Positions 17,900-27,275 are shown, numbered from the stretch's first letter. The stretch is 64,000 bases of DNA from a virus (IMGVR_UViG_3300038524_000024:1-64000), one strand, 5' to 3'. The notes: a model not told the origin generated them from the letters alone. A program made the numbers and translations.

Positions 17900-18187
17900 G
17901 GGGAAGTCACGCCCCCATTACCCGCGCGAGTGGTACGAAGAGGCGCAGTAGCCGACGGGCTGCGTGACGGCATAGGTGCTTTGTATTCGTGCGCGGTTTT
18001 GGTTGCTACTCGATATGCAACTAAAAGAAGGTCGAGCTCAAAAGTCCCGCCCGAGAGCCGAGCGATTGGAGGTAGGGCGGGCAAAATATGTCAGATTTTA
18101 TGGCTGACAAGTTTACTGGAACAGAAAACCAGTCCGTTAATTTGTGATAGGTCACAATAACCTGCCGGCGGGTGAAATACACCGGAA
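17900..18187 (+). ncRNA. Putative GC-rich multi-hairpin ncRNA
   Basis: Stems CCGCGCGAGT/ATTCGTGCGCGG, GTTGC/GCAAC, CCCGCCC/GGGCGGG, TGTCAG/CTGACA, ACTGG/CCAGT; lies between two tRNAs. Confidence 0.5.
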
Positions 18188-18192
18188 AGAAT

Positions 18193-18265
18193 ATGTCAGT
18201 AGCTCAATTGGTAGAGTGTTGGTCTCCAAAACCAAAGGTTGCAGGTTCGAGTCCTGCCTGATATG
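18193..18265 (+). tRNA. tRNA-Trp(CCA)
   Basis: TTGGT-CTCCAAA-ACCAA; canonical D and T arms. Confidence 0.93.
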
Positions 18266-18266
18266 T

Positions 18267-18499
18267 GGAGAACAGTTCTCTTCAAAGTCTTGACGCATGA
18301 CAGTCTCACGATGAGGGAGGGGTGGTGCATGGCAGGGAACGCCGGATGCAAATCGTGATAAAGGCTGACCGTAGCAACGAGACTGCCCCGAATAGTTTGC
18401 GACGAATAAGGGGCAAACATCTTGGCGAGAGCGTAACAGGCGTATATTTGATGGAAAGCCATCAACAGTCCAATTGGTGAAAATCCATACCTCGCTCCA
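18267..18499 (+). ncRNA. Putative structured ncRNA
   Basis: CAGTCTC/GAGACTG, TCACGAT/ATCGTGA, TGCCCC/GGGGCA, TTGATGG/CCATCAA; ends in TGG-TGAAAAT-CCA...CTCCA. Confidence 0.45.
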
Positions 18500-18753
18500 A
18501 AAACGATAAAATGTTATATGGGTATAAAAATTAGATTTATATTCATATAATAGTTAATATAAGTAAAAACATCTACTTTGTTCACATTTTTAACCTAACG
18601 ATACACAAAATTAATTTTTTGTGTACTAATAAACACCAACAAGTGAGACACAAATAATTTTATGTCTCAAAGGTGAGACACAAATAATTGCCACTTGACA
18701 TTTTCAAATCAATATGCTATAATAACCTTAATAAAAAATACTATGGAGACAAT

Positions 18754-18951
18754 ATGAAATTTTTATTTTTTGCAATTTTTATGACCACTTTAGTTCTGAC
18801 ATATCTGAACTATCAACATATTTCTAATATCAGGAATGTACAACTAAATCAACTTGAAATTTATTTAATGAGAATCAATGTAGTTACATTATGTTTATTA
18901 AATGTAGGGTCGCTGGCATTGCTAATCTATTTTGTTTTTTCTAGTATATAA
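18754..18951 (+). CDS. Small two-TM membrane protein
   Basis: GGAG RBS; promoter at 18695-18723. Confidence 0.55.
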   Translation: MKFLFFAIFMTTLVLTYLNYQHISNIRNVQLNQLEIYLMRINVVTLCLLNVGSLALLIYFVFSSI

Positions 18952-18978
18952 ATAAAATAACATTTATAGGAGATAACA

Positions 18979-19815
18979 GTGATTAATAATAAGATGTTGG
19001 GATATAAAGATATAGTTATCAATCCAATAGTTTCAAACATGGTTTCAACTGAACTTGTTGATATATCATTTCGTCTACCAGATGAAACTAAATCATTGTC
19101 TTTACCATTACTGACACGTGTGGGTGGAAGCAATAGCATAGATATATGCAGTGCATTATCTGATTTGGGTATTCTTGGAATTATAGATAAAATTGATAAT
19201 ATCCATGAAAAATATAGTGCAAACAGCGAACTTCTTTCTGGGCTTGGTTTATGGGGTACTTCTGTAAATATAGAAGATAATCCAAAGGAAACTATAAAAG
19301 TTTTGGAATTAAATCCAACCATTGTAGACATACGTTCTGGTAGCGGATATTCATTAGAAACCTTAAAGTTTACAGAAGAAATCAAGGAATATTGTGTGCA
19401 TCAAGGATTGAATTCATTAGTTTCTTCCGGTAATGTAATCACGCTTGATGGAACAAATGCTTTGCTTTCTGCGGGGGCAGACTTGGTTAGAGTTGGAAAT
19501 CCGGGTGGTGCGTATTTTTATGAAGAACTCGTACACATACCACAAGTTACTGCTATCCAAGATTGTTGGAACGCAGACGTAATGATTATTGCAGATGAAG
19601 ACCAACTTAGCCTTGGGGATTTCATTAAAGCCTTGGCAATCGGTGCAGACCTATGCATGGTGCAACGAATTGTGCCAGATGATTATGATAACTATCGTGT
19701 TCATTTAAGGATGCTTGTTGATGCTTATATTAGCGACGTATGTATGTTCTGTATGTCAATGAATGCAAATACCATAGACGCTATGCGTAATAATAGTGAA
19801 ATTATAGTTAAATAA
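18979..19815 (+). CDS. IMPDH/GMP reductase-like TIM barrel lacking the catalytic Cys loop
   Basis: GNVIT..G...L..AGADLVRVG, PQVTAI, IIAD, GD..KALAIGAD; GPGSICTT loop absent. Confidence 0.75.
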   Translation: MINNKMLGYKDIVINPIVSNMVSTELVDISFRLPDETKSLSLPLLTRVGGSNSIDICSALSDLGILGIIDKIDNIHEKYSANSELLSGLGLWGTSVNIEDNPKETIKVLELNPTIVDIRSGSGYSLETLKFTEEIKEYCVHQGLNSLVSSGNVITLDGTNALLSAGADLVRVGNPGGAYFYEELVHIPQVTAIQDCWNADVMIIADEDQLSLGDFIKALAIGADLCMVQRIVPDDYDNYRVHLRMLVDAYISDVCMFCMSMNANTIDAMRNNSEIIVK

Positions 19816-19825
19816 GGAGAAAAAT

Positions 19826-20086
19826 ATGTACGTGACACCAAAGTATAATTATTTTGATATTAAATCGAAAGCGCAAGAGGTTTCTTTATCTTGTTTTACT
19901 GATGACCACAAGGACATTACATCTCAATGTGAATTCAAATTGCATAATGTCAATCCAGATATCACAATATCTAATAATAGCATAAAAATTGGTAAGAAAC
20001 CAGTAAAAAGCACAAATAAAATCATCGTTTTATATGAAAAAAGTGGCGTAATTGAACAAGATTTTGCTATGGCTTATATTGAGTAA
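19826..20086 (+). CDS. Hypothetical protein
   Basis: AAGGAG RBS. Confidence 0.6.
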   Translation: MYVTPKYNYFDIKSKAQEVSLSCFTDDHKDITSQCEFKLHNVNPDITISNNSIKIGKKPVKSTNKIIVLYEKSGVIEQDFAMAYIE

Positions 20087-20216
20087 TAATTTATTGACAT
20101 AAATAGCAAACTATGATACAATTGTTCATATAGAAGCACTAATATGTAATCAGTAAAATTATTGATTCTATATATGAGAACATTCGAAAAATAATAAATA
20201 ATATAGAAGGGAAAAC

Positions 20217-20432
20217 ATGAAAGAATTTAATGAATTGCTATTTATGCTTGAAACACGTTGTAGGGTATACAGAGAAATGAGTCAAATGGATTCTCATTTA
20301 GAAATGGAAAATATTATAGAACAAATTCATTCTGAACTAGAGAAACTTACCCAATACAAAGTTGGATTTTCTTCTACTAAAAAACTGCCAGATAGACCAT
20401 GGTATCCACTTCCAGAAAAGAGTCTAACTTAA
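20217..20432 (+). CDS. Hypothetical protein
   Basis: Follows promoter at 20094-20122. Confidence 0.55.
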   Translation: MKEFNELLFMLETRCRVYREMSQMDSHLEMENIIEQIHSELEKLTQYKVGFSSTKKLPDRPWYPLPEKSLT

Positions 20433-21025
20433 TGATACAGACAGATAAAACACACCACTGGACATACAGGGCGCTTGGAGCCAGTAATCACGACCCTGAA
20501 CTTAGGGCAGACTATGATTACTATGCAACTGACCCACATGCTATTGATGACTTATTTGTGGTCGAAGATTTTGATGAAAACATTTGGGAATGTGCTTCAG
20601 GGGAAAATCATTTGGCGTATAGACTTGAGGAATGTAATAAAATTGTTTTGAAAACAGATATTATATCTAGAAAAAGCGATATCTTTAGTTTGGATTTTTT
20701 ATCTGATGAAGCACTTGTTTTAAGTGGTGAATATGACATTATTACCAATCCGCCGTATAAATATGCATTAGATTTTTGTGAACAAGCAATTAAATTAATG
20801 AAAAATAAAACTGCCATGTTATTAAATTTAAGATTTTTAGAAGGACAGAAAAGATATAATTTTTTTGCGAAGTATCCAATGAAAAAAGTATGGATATATT
20901 CTCGCAGACTACAATGTGCTCGAAATGGTGATTTTAGTTTGGCAAAAGGTGGGGTTACAGCATTTGCATGGTTTGTTTGGGAACGAAACTTTCATAGTGA
21001 ACCAAAAATAGGATGGATAAAATAA
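20432..21025 (+). CDS. Phage amino-(N6A/N4C) DNA methyltransferase
   Basis: DYYAT, IWECASG, DIITNPPY, FAWFVW; start MIQT overlaps the upstream stop. Confidence 0.85.
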   Translation: MIQTDKTHHWTYRALGASNHDPELRADYDYYATDPHAIDDLFVVEDFDENIWECASGENHLAYRLEECNKIVLKTDIISRKSDIFSLDFLSDEALVLSGEYDIITNPPYKYALDFCEQAIKLMKNKTAMLLNLRFLEGQKRYNFFAKYPMKKVWIYSRRLQCARNGDFSLAKGGVTAFAWFVWERNFHSEPKIGWIK

Positions 21026-21026
21026 G

Positions 21027-21254
21027 GTGAATGACAAAAAACTTATCATACATATTCAAGATGATACCCCATATGATGTTGCATTAGGATGTGTCAATGG
21101 CGTTATTCAAATGGGTAGGGTTTCTAATTTTGGAAAGTCATACTGCTTTATAAGCACATTTGAAAGCGGAACCATAGTTTATGCTATTAGAAATAAAAAT
21201 TCTGATACTTTTTATGTTATGAAAGAATCACTAGCTAAAAAAGAGACATTGTAA
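21027..21254 (+). CDS. Hypothetical protein
   Basis: ORF in operon. Confidence 0.6.
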   Translation: MNDKKLIIHIQDDTPYDVALGCVNGVIQMGRVSNFGKSYCFISTFESGTIVYAIRNKNSDTFYVMKESLAKKETL

Positions 21255-21286
21255 ATGAAGTGGTGATATAACAATATAGACATTAA

Positions 21287-21359
21287 ACTCTGATAGCCCA
21301 ATGGATAAGGCGACAGACTTCTAATCTGTAGATTGAAGGTTCGAATCCTTTTCAGAGTA
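21287..21359 (+). tRNA. tRNA-Arg(UCU)
   Basis: ACAGA-CTTCTAA-TCTGT; GGTTCGAATCC; ACTCTGA/TCAGAGT. Confidence 0.93.
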
Positions 21360-21384
21360 CAAGAAATATAATAAGGAGAAATCA

Positions 21385-21642
21385 ATGGACGAATATGATG
21401 GTATTGAAATAATTTGTGAGTGTGCAGGACGTTGTGGAATTCTAAATTTTGAAAAATTTGATGACGATGAAGAAATGATTGCAATACAGTATTTTCTACC
21501 TGCCCATTATCATACTACTATTAGTTGGAAAGAATCTTTGAAAATTATATGGGCTTTACTTCGTGGTAAGCAATATTATTTTTACGATATTATTTTAAAC
21601 AAACAACAAATTGAAAAACTGCGTAGATATTTAGATAAATAA
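21385..21642 (+). CDS. Hypothetical protein
   Basis: AAGGAG RBS. Confidence 0.6.
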   Translation: MDEYDGIEIICECAGRCGILNFEKFDDDEEMIAIQYFLPAHYHTTISWKESLKIIWALLRGKQYYFYDIILNKQQIEKLRRYLDK

Positions 21643-21646
21643 CATT

Positions 21647-21886
21647 ATGATAATATATAAAAACAAACAAAAAACTATAAAAGAACCTTTTCTGATTGAG
21701 TGTGACATATGTGGCATAAAATATGAAACAAATGAAGATATTTTTGAACACCAAGAGTTTCTAAAGATTGATTTTATTGGGGGATACAATTCTGTATTTG
21801 GTGATATGAGTCATGTTAGATGCGATATATGTCAAAAATGTTTATATAATATAATAAGCCCATATATGAAAATAGAGAGAGGATAA
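21647..21886 (+). CDS. Zn-binding hypothetical protein
   Basis: CDIC...GGYNSVFGD...DICQKC. Confidence 0.7.
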   Translation: MIIYKNKQKTIKEPFLIECDICGIKYETNEDIFEHQEFLKIDFIGGYNSVFGDMSHVRCDICQKCLYNIISPYMKIERG

Positions 21887-21892
21887 TAATAT

Positions 21893-22126
21893 ATGCAATA
21901 TTTTAGTTATATATTATCTTTCTTTTCTGTTTTGAGTCTTTGGTTAATGGGCAACAAAAGCATATATGGTATGGTAATAGGTCTATTTAGTCAAGTTTTA
22001 TGGGTTATATATGTCATATGGCTTGGACAATATGGTTTATTGATAGGCGTTTTCGCATATACATTCGTACACATTCGTAATCTTATAAAGTGGACAAAAG
22101 AAAATAAAAGTAGCATTGTGGCATAA
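21893..22126 (+). CDS. Short PnuC-like membrane protein
   Basis: Three TM segments; WLMGNK, QVLWVIY, GQYGLL. Confidence 0.6.
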   Translation: MQYFSYILSFFSVLSLWLMGNKSIYGMVIGLFSQVLWVIYVIWLGQYGLLIGVFAYTFVHIRNLIKWTKENKSSIVA

Positions 22127-22132
22127 TTTATC

Positions 22133-23119
22133 ATGAACATTCTTTTAATAGATGCAGACTCTACAATACCAAATCTAGCCTTAATGAAGCTATCCACATA
22201 TCATAAGAATAAAGGTGACAATGTACAAATAAGGCAATTACATTTACCATATTCACCACATAGAAAAAAACAAATGTTTTTTATTGATACTGATGAATAT
22301 GATAAAACATATTGTTCTATTATATTTGATACTAACATTGGTTTCGTAGTTGGAAATAATATTGTGTTTGGTGGCACCGGAATTTCTCTTGAGATATCTC
22401 TTCCTGATTATGTGGAAATATGTGAACCAGATTATTCTCTCTATCCTGATAATGATATTTCATATGGATTTATGACAAGGGGTTGCATAAGAAATTGTTA
22501 TTTCTGCAAGGTGCCAGCAAAAGAAGGGCAAATACGTTTAGCGCATGAGCCCGAGGATATTATAAGGCATAAAAAGGTTAAATTTTTAGATAATAATATC
22601 TTTGCTTATAAAGACCACGTAAGATTGTTTCACAAATTACTAGAAATTAATCCATTAGTACAATTTAATCAAGGCTTAGATATAAGATTACTCAATGAGG
22701 AAAATTCAATTCTTTTGAGCAAACTAAGATATATTGATAATCGACAATTTGCTTTTGATGATATTAAATACATGGACTTAATTGAACGTAAATTAAATAT
22801 AATGCCGTGGAGAAAAGATTTTCGGACTAGTTTTTACGTATATGTAAATCCAAATATGCCTCTATCAGATACAGTTAAACGCATAGAATGGCTCAGAAAC
22901 CATAAGTGCCTACCATATATTATGCGAGACACAACATGCTGGGGCACACAATATTCTAACTTTTATATTGATTTAGCAGGTTGGTGCAATCAACCAAACT
23001 TTCTTATAAGTATGAATTTTGATGAATACCTTTATAAGAGGCATGTTGAGAGATATCCCGTGCATCCAAATCAAGAAAGACTTGATAACCATTGGAAGCT
23101 TTATGTTGAGAATATGTAA
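22133..23119 (+). CDS. Radical SAM protein
   Basis: PNLALMKLS, GGTG, TRGCIRNCYFC, LDNN, FNQGLDIRL. Confidence 0.9.
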   Translation: MNILLIDADSTIPNLALMKLSTYHKNKGDNVQIRQLHLPYSPHRKKQMFFIDTDEYDKTYCSIIFDTNIGFVVGNNIVFGGTGISLEISLPDYVEICEPDYSLYPDNDISYGFMTRGCIRNCYFCKVPAKEGQIRLAHEPEDIIRHKKVKFLDNNIFAYKDHVRLFHKLLEINPLVQFNQGLDIRLLNEENSILLSKLRYIDNRQFAFDDIKYMDLIERKLNIMPWRKDFRTSFYVYVNPNMPLSDTVKRIEWLRNHKCLPYIMRDTTCWGTQYSNFYIDLAGWCNQPNFLISMNFDEYLYKRHVERYPVHPNQERLDNHWKLYVENM

Positions 23120-23321
23120 AACTGTAGTTTTATCTTGACATAAGAGCATTCGTATGATATACTTATAAACACAAGGAGACAAATGATAGATACAACTTTT
23201 ATTTTCGCAGGATTAGCACTTGTTGGCATTATTATTATTTGTAATGGCATAAAGTGCTTTATTAATAAACATATATTCAAAGATGATACAGATGATAATG
23301 ACAAAATTGGGAGTTGGGATA

Positions 23322-23615
23322 ATGACATCTGGATTTAAAATTCTTCAATGGTATTATAATTGGAAAGAAGCCCATGATAACAAACTTCAAAATAAAATAA
23401 AGAAACATAATGATGAGATATTAGAGGAATACCACAGACAATATTTATGGGCTTACACAGAACCAATGAGATACGGAATTCAAGAAATGTGGACTTATAA
23501 ATGCGCATATTGTGGCACAACAATAATGGGTACTGGATTATTTTTGAGTCAAAAATGTTTAAGATGTGGTGCCGGCCTTGTAGACAAGGAAAAAAATAAT
23601 GACACTATTATATGA
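23322..23615 (+). CDS. Zn-ribbon hypothetical protein
   Basis: CAYCG...CLRCG; start uncertain. Confidence 0.5.
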   Translation: MTSGFKILQWYYNWKEAHDNKLQNKIKKHNDEILEEYHRQYLWAYTEPMRYGIQEMWTYKCAYCGTTIMGTGLFLSQKCLRCGAGLVDKEKNNDTII

Positions 23616-23859
23616 CTGGCAAAAAGAAGACGTGTTAAATTATAAAAAAGAACTTGAGCTTAACGACAGCACGCGTGGCTTGTTAGAAAACCTATTGTTA
23701 TATTGCGAAAATTTTAATGAGAATTATGATTCCGCCTTGACAAAAGAAATGATTGGTGCTACAATTCAAATACTTAAACGGGTTGTTGAATTAGAAGTAA
23801 AAGTTTACGAACTTGAAAGTTTTAAGGAAGATAAGATAAAAGACTATGGTGATTACTAA
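23599..23859 (+). CDS. Hypothetical protein
   Basis: AAGGA RBS. Confidence 0.55.
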   Translation: MTLLYDWQKEDVLNYKKELELNDSTRGLLENLLLYCENFNENYDSALTKEMIGATIQILKRVVELEVKVYELESFKEDKIKDYGDY

Positions 23860-23875
23860 AATACAAGGAGACACG

Positions 23876-24055
23876 ATGATGAAATTTAAAAGCTTCAAAA
23901 AGATGATAAAAAGTCTTTTGAAAAAAAGACCATCAAGATTATATGTTGTGATAGATAAAGATACCTGCCCTGTTTGCTATGGCGATGGGTGGATTCAATA
24001 CTATTCTCATAGAAAAAGTTGTCCAAAATGCAACGGAACTGGAAGGTCTGAATAA
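23876..24055 (+). CDS. Small DnaJ-type Zn-finger protein
   Basis: CPVCYGDG...CPKCNGTG. Confidence 0.6.
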   Translation: MMKFKSFKKMIKSLLKKRPSRLYVVIDKDTCPVCYGDGWIQYYSHRKSCPKCNGTGRSE

Positions 24056-24056
24056 A

Positions 24057-24488
24057 ATGGAATATGTTGAAACACTTGTTTTTGGAATTATGCTTGGAAT
24101 GGCTTTAAGTGTAATTTTAGCAGTATTAGCATATTCGTTTCTTACTATGAATGGTAAAAAGAAAAAAAATGAAAATGTTCCTAGCCAAGAATTTGAAAAT
24201 GAAGCCATTCCTGAAGTAATATTTTTATTTGAACAAAAAGTATCTACTGTAATCTCTATTGATAGATATATAAATAGAGAAGAATGGGATAAGGCAGTAA
24301 TTGACTTAGAAAAATATTTTATTAGTATTGTCAAAAGAGCAGAATATGCAGAGGGTATGATTGAGTATATGATTGCCGTTGCCAACCCACTATGGATTGC
24401 TTTATTAGCAATAAATGATAAGCCAGTTGATAAAGAAAATGTTAAGACTTGGCTTGCATTGGTCGAAGAGTGGAAAAATAATGCCTAG
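24057..24488 (+). CDS. Membrane-anchored hypothetical protein
   Basis: N-terminal TM helix (start MEYVE). Confidence 0.6.
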   Translation: MEYVETLVFGIMLGMALSVILAVLAYSFLTMNGKKKKNENVPSQEFENEAIPEVIFLFEQKVSTVISIDRYINREEWDKAVIDLEKYFISIVKRAEYAEGMIEYMIAVANPLWIALLAINDKPVDKENVKTWLALVEEWKNNA

Positions 24489-25275
24489 AAAACGATTAAT
24501 TCAACCCACTATGAAAGTGTTGTCGCTTGGGTGGGGCATTCAATCGTTTACGCTTGCTAGTATGGTTGCCATAGGCGAACTAGAACCAATAGATGTGGCA
24601 ATTCATTCTGATACTGGATACGAAAGCAAACTTACTTATGAATTTGCGGAACGCTGGACAGAATGGCTTGAAAGTCATGGGGTACATGTTGAAACAGTAC
24701 ACGGAACAGATGGAACAACAGACCAAATTTTTAATACTTCTAAAAGTGGATATAGGTTCTTAAAAATTCCAGCTTTTTATACTCAAGATGGAAAACGTTC
24801 TATAATGCGTCGTCAATGTACTACACATTGGAAAATTAGACCAGTAAGACATTGGATAACTAAAAATAGGAGTAAGCGAAAAGTTGAACAATGGATTGGC
24901 ATTAGTTTGGACGAAAGAGAACGCATGAGAATTTCAGACGTTAAATTTTTAACGAATCGTTTTCCGCTTGTTGAAAAAAGAATGACACGAGATATGTGTA
25001 TAGCATGGCTTGAAAATCATGGACTTGAAGTTCCACCAAAATCCGCCTGTATATTTTGTCCTTATCATAGTGAAGCACAATGGGCAAAAACAAAGTCTGT
25101 TACAGATGATTGGAAACGCGCTATTGAAGTTGATGAGCTTGTTCGTAATTTTGAACTAGATAAAGAAATATATTTAAATAGTCAACTTAAGCCATTAGCA
25201 GAACTTGACCTTGATTTACAAAATGAAAATGATAGAATGGAATTTTTCGATTGCTCTGGAAATTGCTGGTTATAA
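24481..25275 (+). CDS. PAPS-reductase-like (PP-loop/HUP) protein
   Basis: VLSLGWGIQS, SDTGYE, RQCTTHWKIRP, WIGISLDE, KSACIFCPY, C-terminal CSGNC. Confidence 0.8.
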   Translation: MPRKRLIQPTMKVLSLGWGIQSFTLASMVAIGELEPIDVAIHSDTGYESKLTYEFAERWTEWLESHGVHVETVHGTDGTTDQIFNTSKSGYRFLKIPAFYTQDGKRSIMRRQCTTHWKIRPVRHWITKNRSKRKVEQWIGISLDERERMRISDVKFLTNRFPLVEKRMTRDMCIAWLENHGLEVPPKSACIFCPYHSEAQWAKTKSVTDDWKRAIEVDELVRNFELDKEIYLNSQLKPLAELDLDLQNENDRMEFFDCSGNCWL

Positions 25276-25296
25276 TAATGAATAATGTGATAATAT

Positions 25297-26199
25297 ATGA
25301 TTAAATATTTTGATGCTTTTGCAGGCATTGGTGGGTTTGCACTTGGAATACAGCAAGCTAATACAGAAACATATTGCGTAGGATTTTCAGAAATTGATAG
25401 ATACGCAAGTTCAGTTTATCAACGACACTTTGGAGGACATAAGCCATATGGCGACATTACAAGAATCAACACAGATGATATACCCGACTTTGACATCCTT
25501 GTCGGAGGATTCCCTTGTCAAACATTCAGCATTGCCGGAAGAAGAGAGGGATTTGAAGACACAAAAGGTACTCTCTTTTTTGAACTTGCCAAAATCCTCA
25601 AAGATAAGCAACCTAGTTATTTCTGTTTTGAAAATGTCAAAGGATTACTTTCTCACGACAACGGAAGAACTTTTAAAGTCATCGTCACAACGCTTGATGA
25701 ATTGGGGTATGACTTACAATGGCAAGTGCTTAACAGCAAATATTTCGGTGTTCCACAAAACAGAGAAAGAATATTCATTATTGGAAATCTTAGAGACAGA
25801 CCCCGACCCGAAGTATTTCCTATCGGAAACCGAAACACAGACATTCATAGACCAGAAATAGAAACTAAATCAGTTCTGGTTATAGGAATGTTAAATGACA
25901 CAAAGTGGGAAAGATTTCATGAATCAAGTAGAAGAATATATGACGCAGAAGGAATTTCACCAACATTACCAACCGGTGCTGGGGGTGGACACATCCCCAA
26001 GCTGAAAGCTAAGATGGAGATACGCCGACTGACACCAATTGAATATGAACGACTTCAATCATTTCCTGATAACTGGACACAGTTTGGTAAAAACAACGAG
26101 ACTATCAGCAATACACAACGTTATAAGATGTGTGGAAACGCAGTTACGGTAAATGTTGTCAAAGCAATATTTGAGAAATTACTAAGGACAATAAATTGA
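25297..26199 (+). CDS. dcm: C5 cytosine DNA methyltransferase
   Basis: FAGIGG, GFPCQ, ENV, QNRER, RRLTP.E.ERLQ, GNAV. Confidence 0.95.
   Translation: MIKYFDAFAGIGGFALGIQQANTETYCVGFSEIDRYASSVYQRHFGGHKPYGDITRINTDDIPDFDILVGGFPCQTFSIAGRREGFEDTKGTLFFELAKILKDKQPSYFCFENVKGLLSHDNGRTFKVIVTTLDELGYDLQWQVLNSKYFGVPQNRERIFIIGNLRDRPRPEVFPIGNRNTDIHRPEIETKSVLVIGMLNDTKWERFHESSRRIYDAEGISPTLPTGAGGGHIPKLKAKMEIRRLTPIEYERLQSFPDNWTQFGKNNETISNTQRYKMCGNAVTVNVVKAIFEKLLRTIN
25394..25861 (+). CDS. Overprinted alternative-frame ORF inside dcm
   Basis: Homologous to 42604-43002 (LMN.GM...ILE....KYFLSE); start uncertain. Confidence 0.5.
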   Translation: MIDTQVQFINDTLEDISHMATLQESTQMIYPTLTSLSEDSLVKHSALPEEERDLKTQKVLSFLNLPKSSKISNLVISVLKMSKDYFLTTTEELLKSSSQRLMNWGMTYNGKCLTANISVFHKTEKEYSLLEILETDPDPKYFLSETETQTFIDQK

Positions 26200-26978
26200 A
26201 ATCACCACTTAGATATGCTGGTGGAAAATCAAGGGCACGAAAATATATTGTACCGTTGATACCAGAAAATGAGCCTACTCTGCTCTCACCGTTTTTTGGT
26301 GGTGGTTCAGTTGAAATTGCTCTGGCTGAACGAGGTATGAATATTATCGGTTATGATATTTTTGAGCCACTAGTTAATTTTTGGAAAGTTGCTCTTATTG
26401 ATTCACAATCAATTGCAGAAATAGCAAAGAGTTATTTTCCATTAAAAAAAGAAGTCTTTGCTTGGCTAAAACAACAAACATCTGGTTCTGATATAGAAAG
26501 GGCAACTAGGTTTTATGTTATCAACAGGGCATCTTTTAGTGGCACAACTTATAGCGGTGGTATGTCGCCCTCTAATGACAGTAGATTTAATCTATCTGCT
26601 ATTGAGTATTTATCATCTTTCAAGATTGAGAACATTTCAGTTGAATATGGTGACTTTCATAATACATTATTAGAAAATAAAGATACAATGGTATATGCCG
26701 ACCCACCATATATGATAAGCAGTGGTATATATGGCATTAGGGGCAGTACACATACAAATTTTGACCACGATGGATTGTATAGCCTATTATCTAAAAGAGA
26801 CAAGTGGATTTTAACATATAATAATTGTGATGCGATTAAAGAAATGTATTCTAATTATCATATGTTATCACCGCAATGGGAATATGGTATGCGCAATGGT
26901 GCTACGTCTAATGAATTGATTATTCTTAGTCCATATATATATGACTATTATAAAAGCAAAACGAAAGAAGAACTATGA
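26196..26978 (+). CDS. dam: Dam-like (D12 class) N6-adenine methyltransferase
   Basis: SPLRYAGGKS, PFFGGGSV, YADPPY. Confidence 0.92.
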   Translation: MKSPLRYAGGKSRARKYIVPLIPENEPTLLSPFFGGGSVEIALAERGMNIIGYDIFEPLVNFWKVALIDSQSIAEIAKSYFPLKKEVFAWLKQQTSGSDIERATRFYVINRASFSGTTYSGGMSPSNDSRFNLSAIEYLSSFKIENISVEYGDFHNTLLENKDTMVYADPPYMISSGIYGIRGSTHTNFDHDGLYSLLSKRDKWILTYNNCDAIKEMYSNYHMLSPQWEYGMRNGATSNELIILSPYIYDYYKSKTKEEL

Positions 26979-27275
26979 AAATAGAAAGAGAATATGATTT
27001 TGATGATGTTAAACAAAGCAGTGAAAGTCAATGGGGCTACCCAGATAGCATTAACCTTTTTAGACCATTATGATAGTGATTGTACAAATGTAAAAGAATA
27101 TAAGAATCTTACAATTAAGTGTCGTAAGTTTATTGACGACGTAGAGCGCAAAACCAATGTTCCAGTAACATTGCTTAATACTGGTAAGGCATATAATTGT
27201 CTAATTGATTTAATGAGTGGACACAATATAGCAGATTGGAATTACATTAATAAGGTTGTTCAAACAAGAATCTAA
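26974..27275 (+). pseudogene. C-terminal remnant of an adenylosuccinate synthetase (PurA/PurZ)-like gene
   Basis: AVKVNGATQIALTFLD...KFIDDVE...VPVTLLNTG; N-terminal catalytic part absent. Confidence 0.65.

Noticed and set aside
17767-18465. ORFs 17767-18084, 17822-18160 and 18196-18465
   Set aside because: They overlap tRNAs and GC-rich structured RNA and lack an RBS; probably spurious
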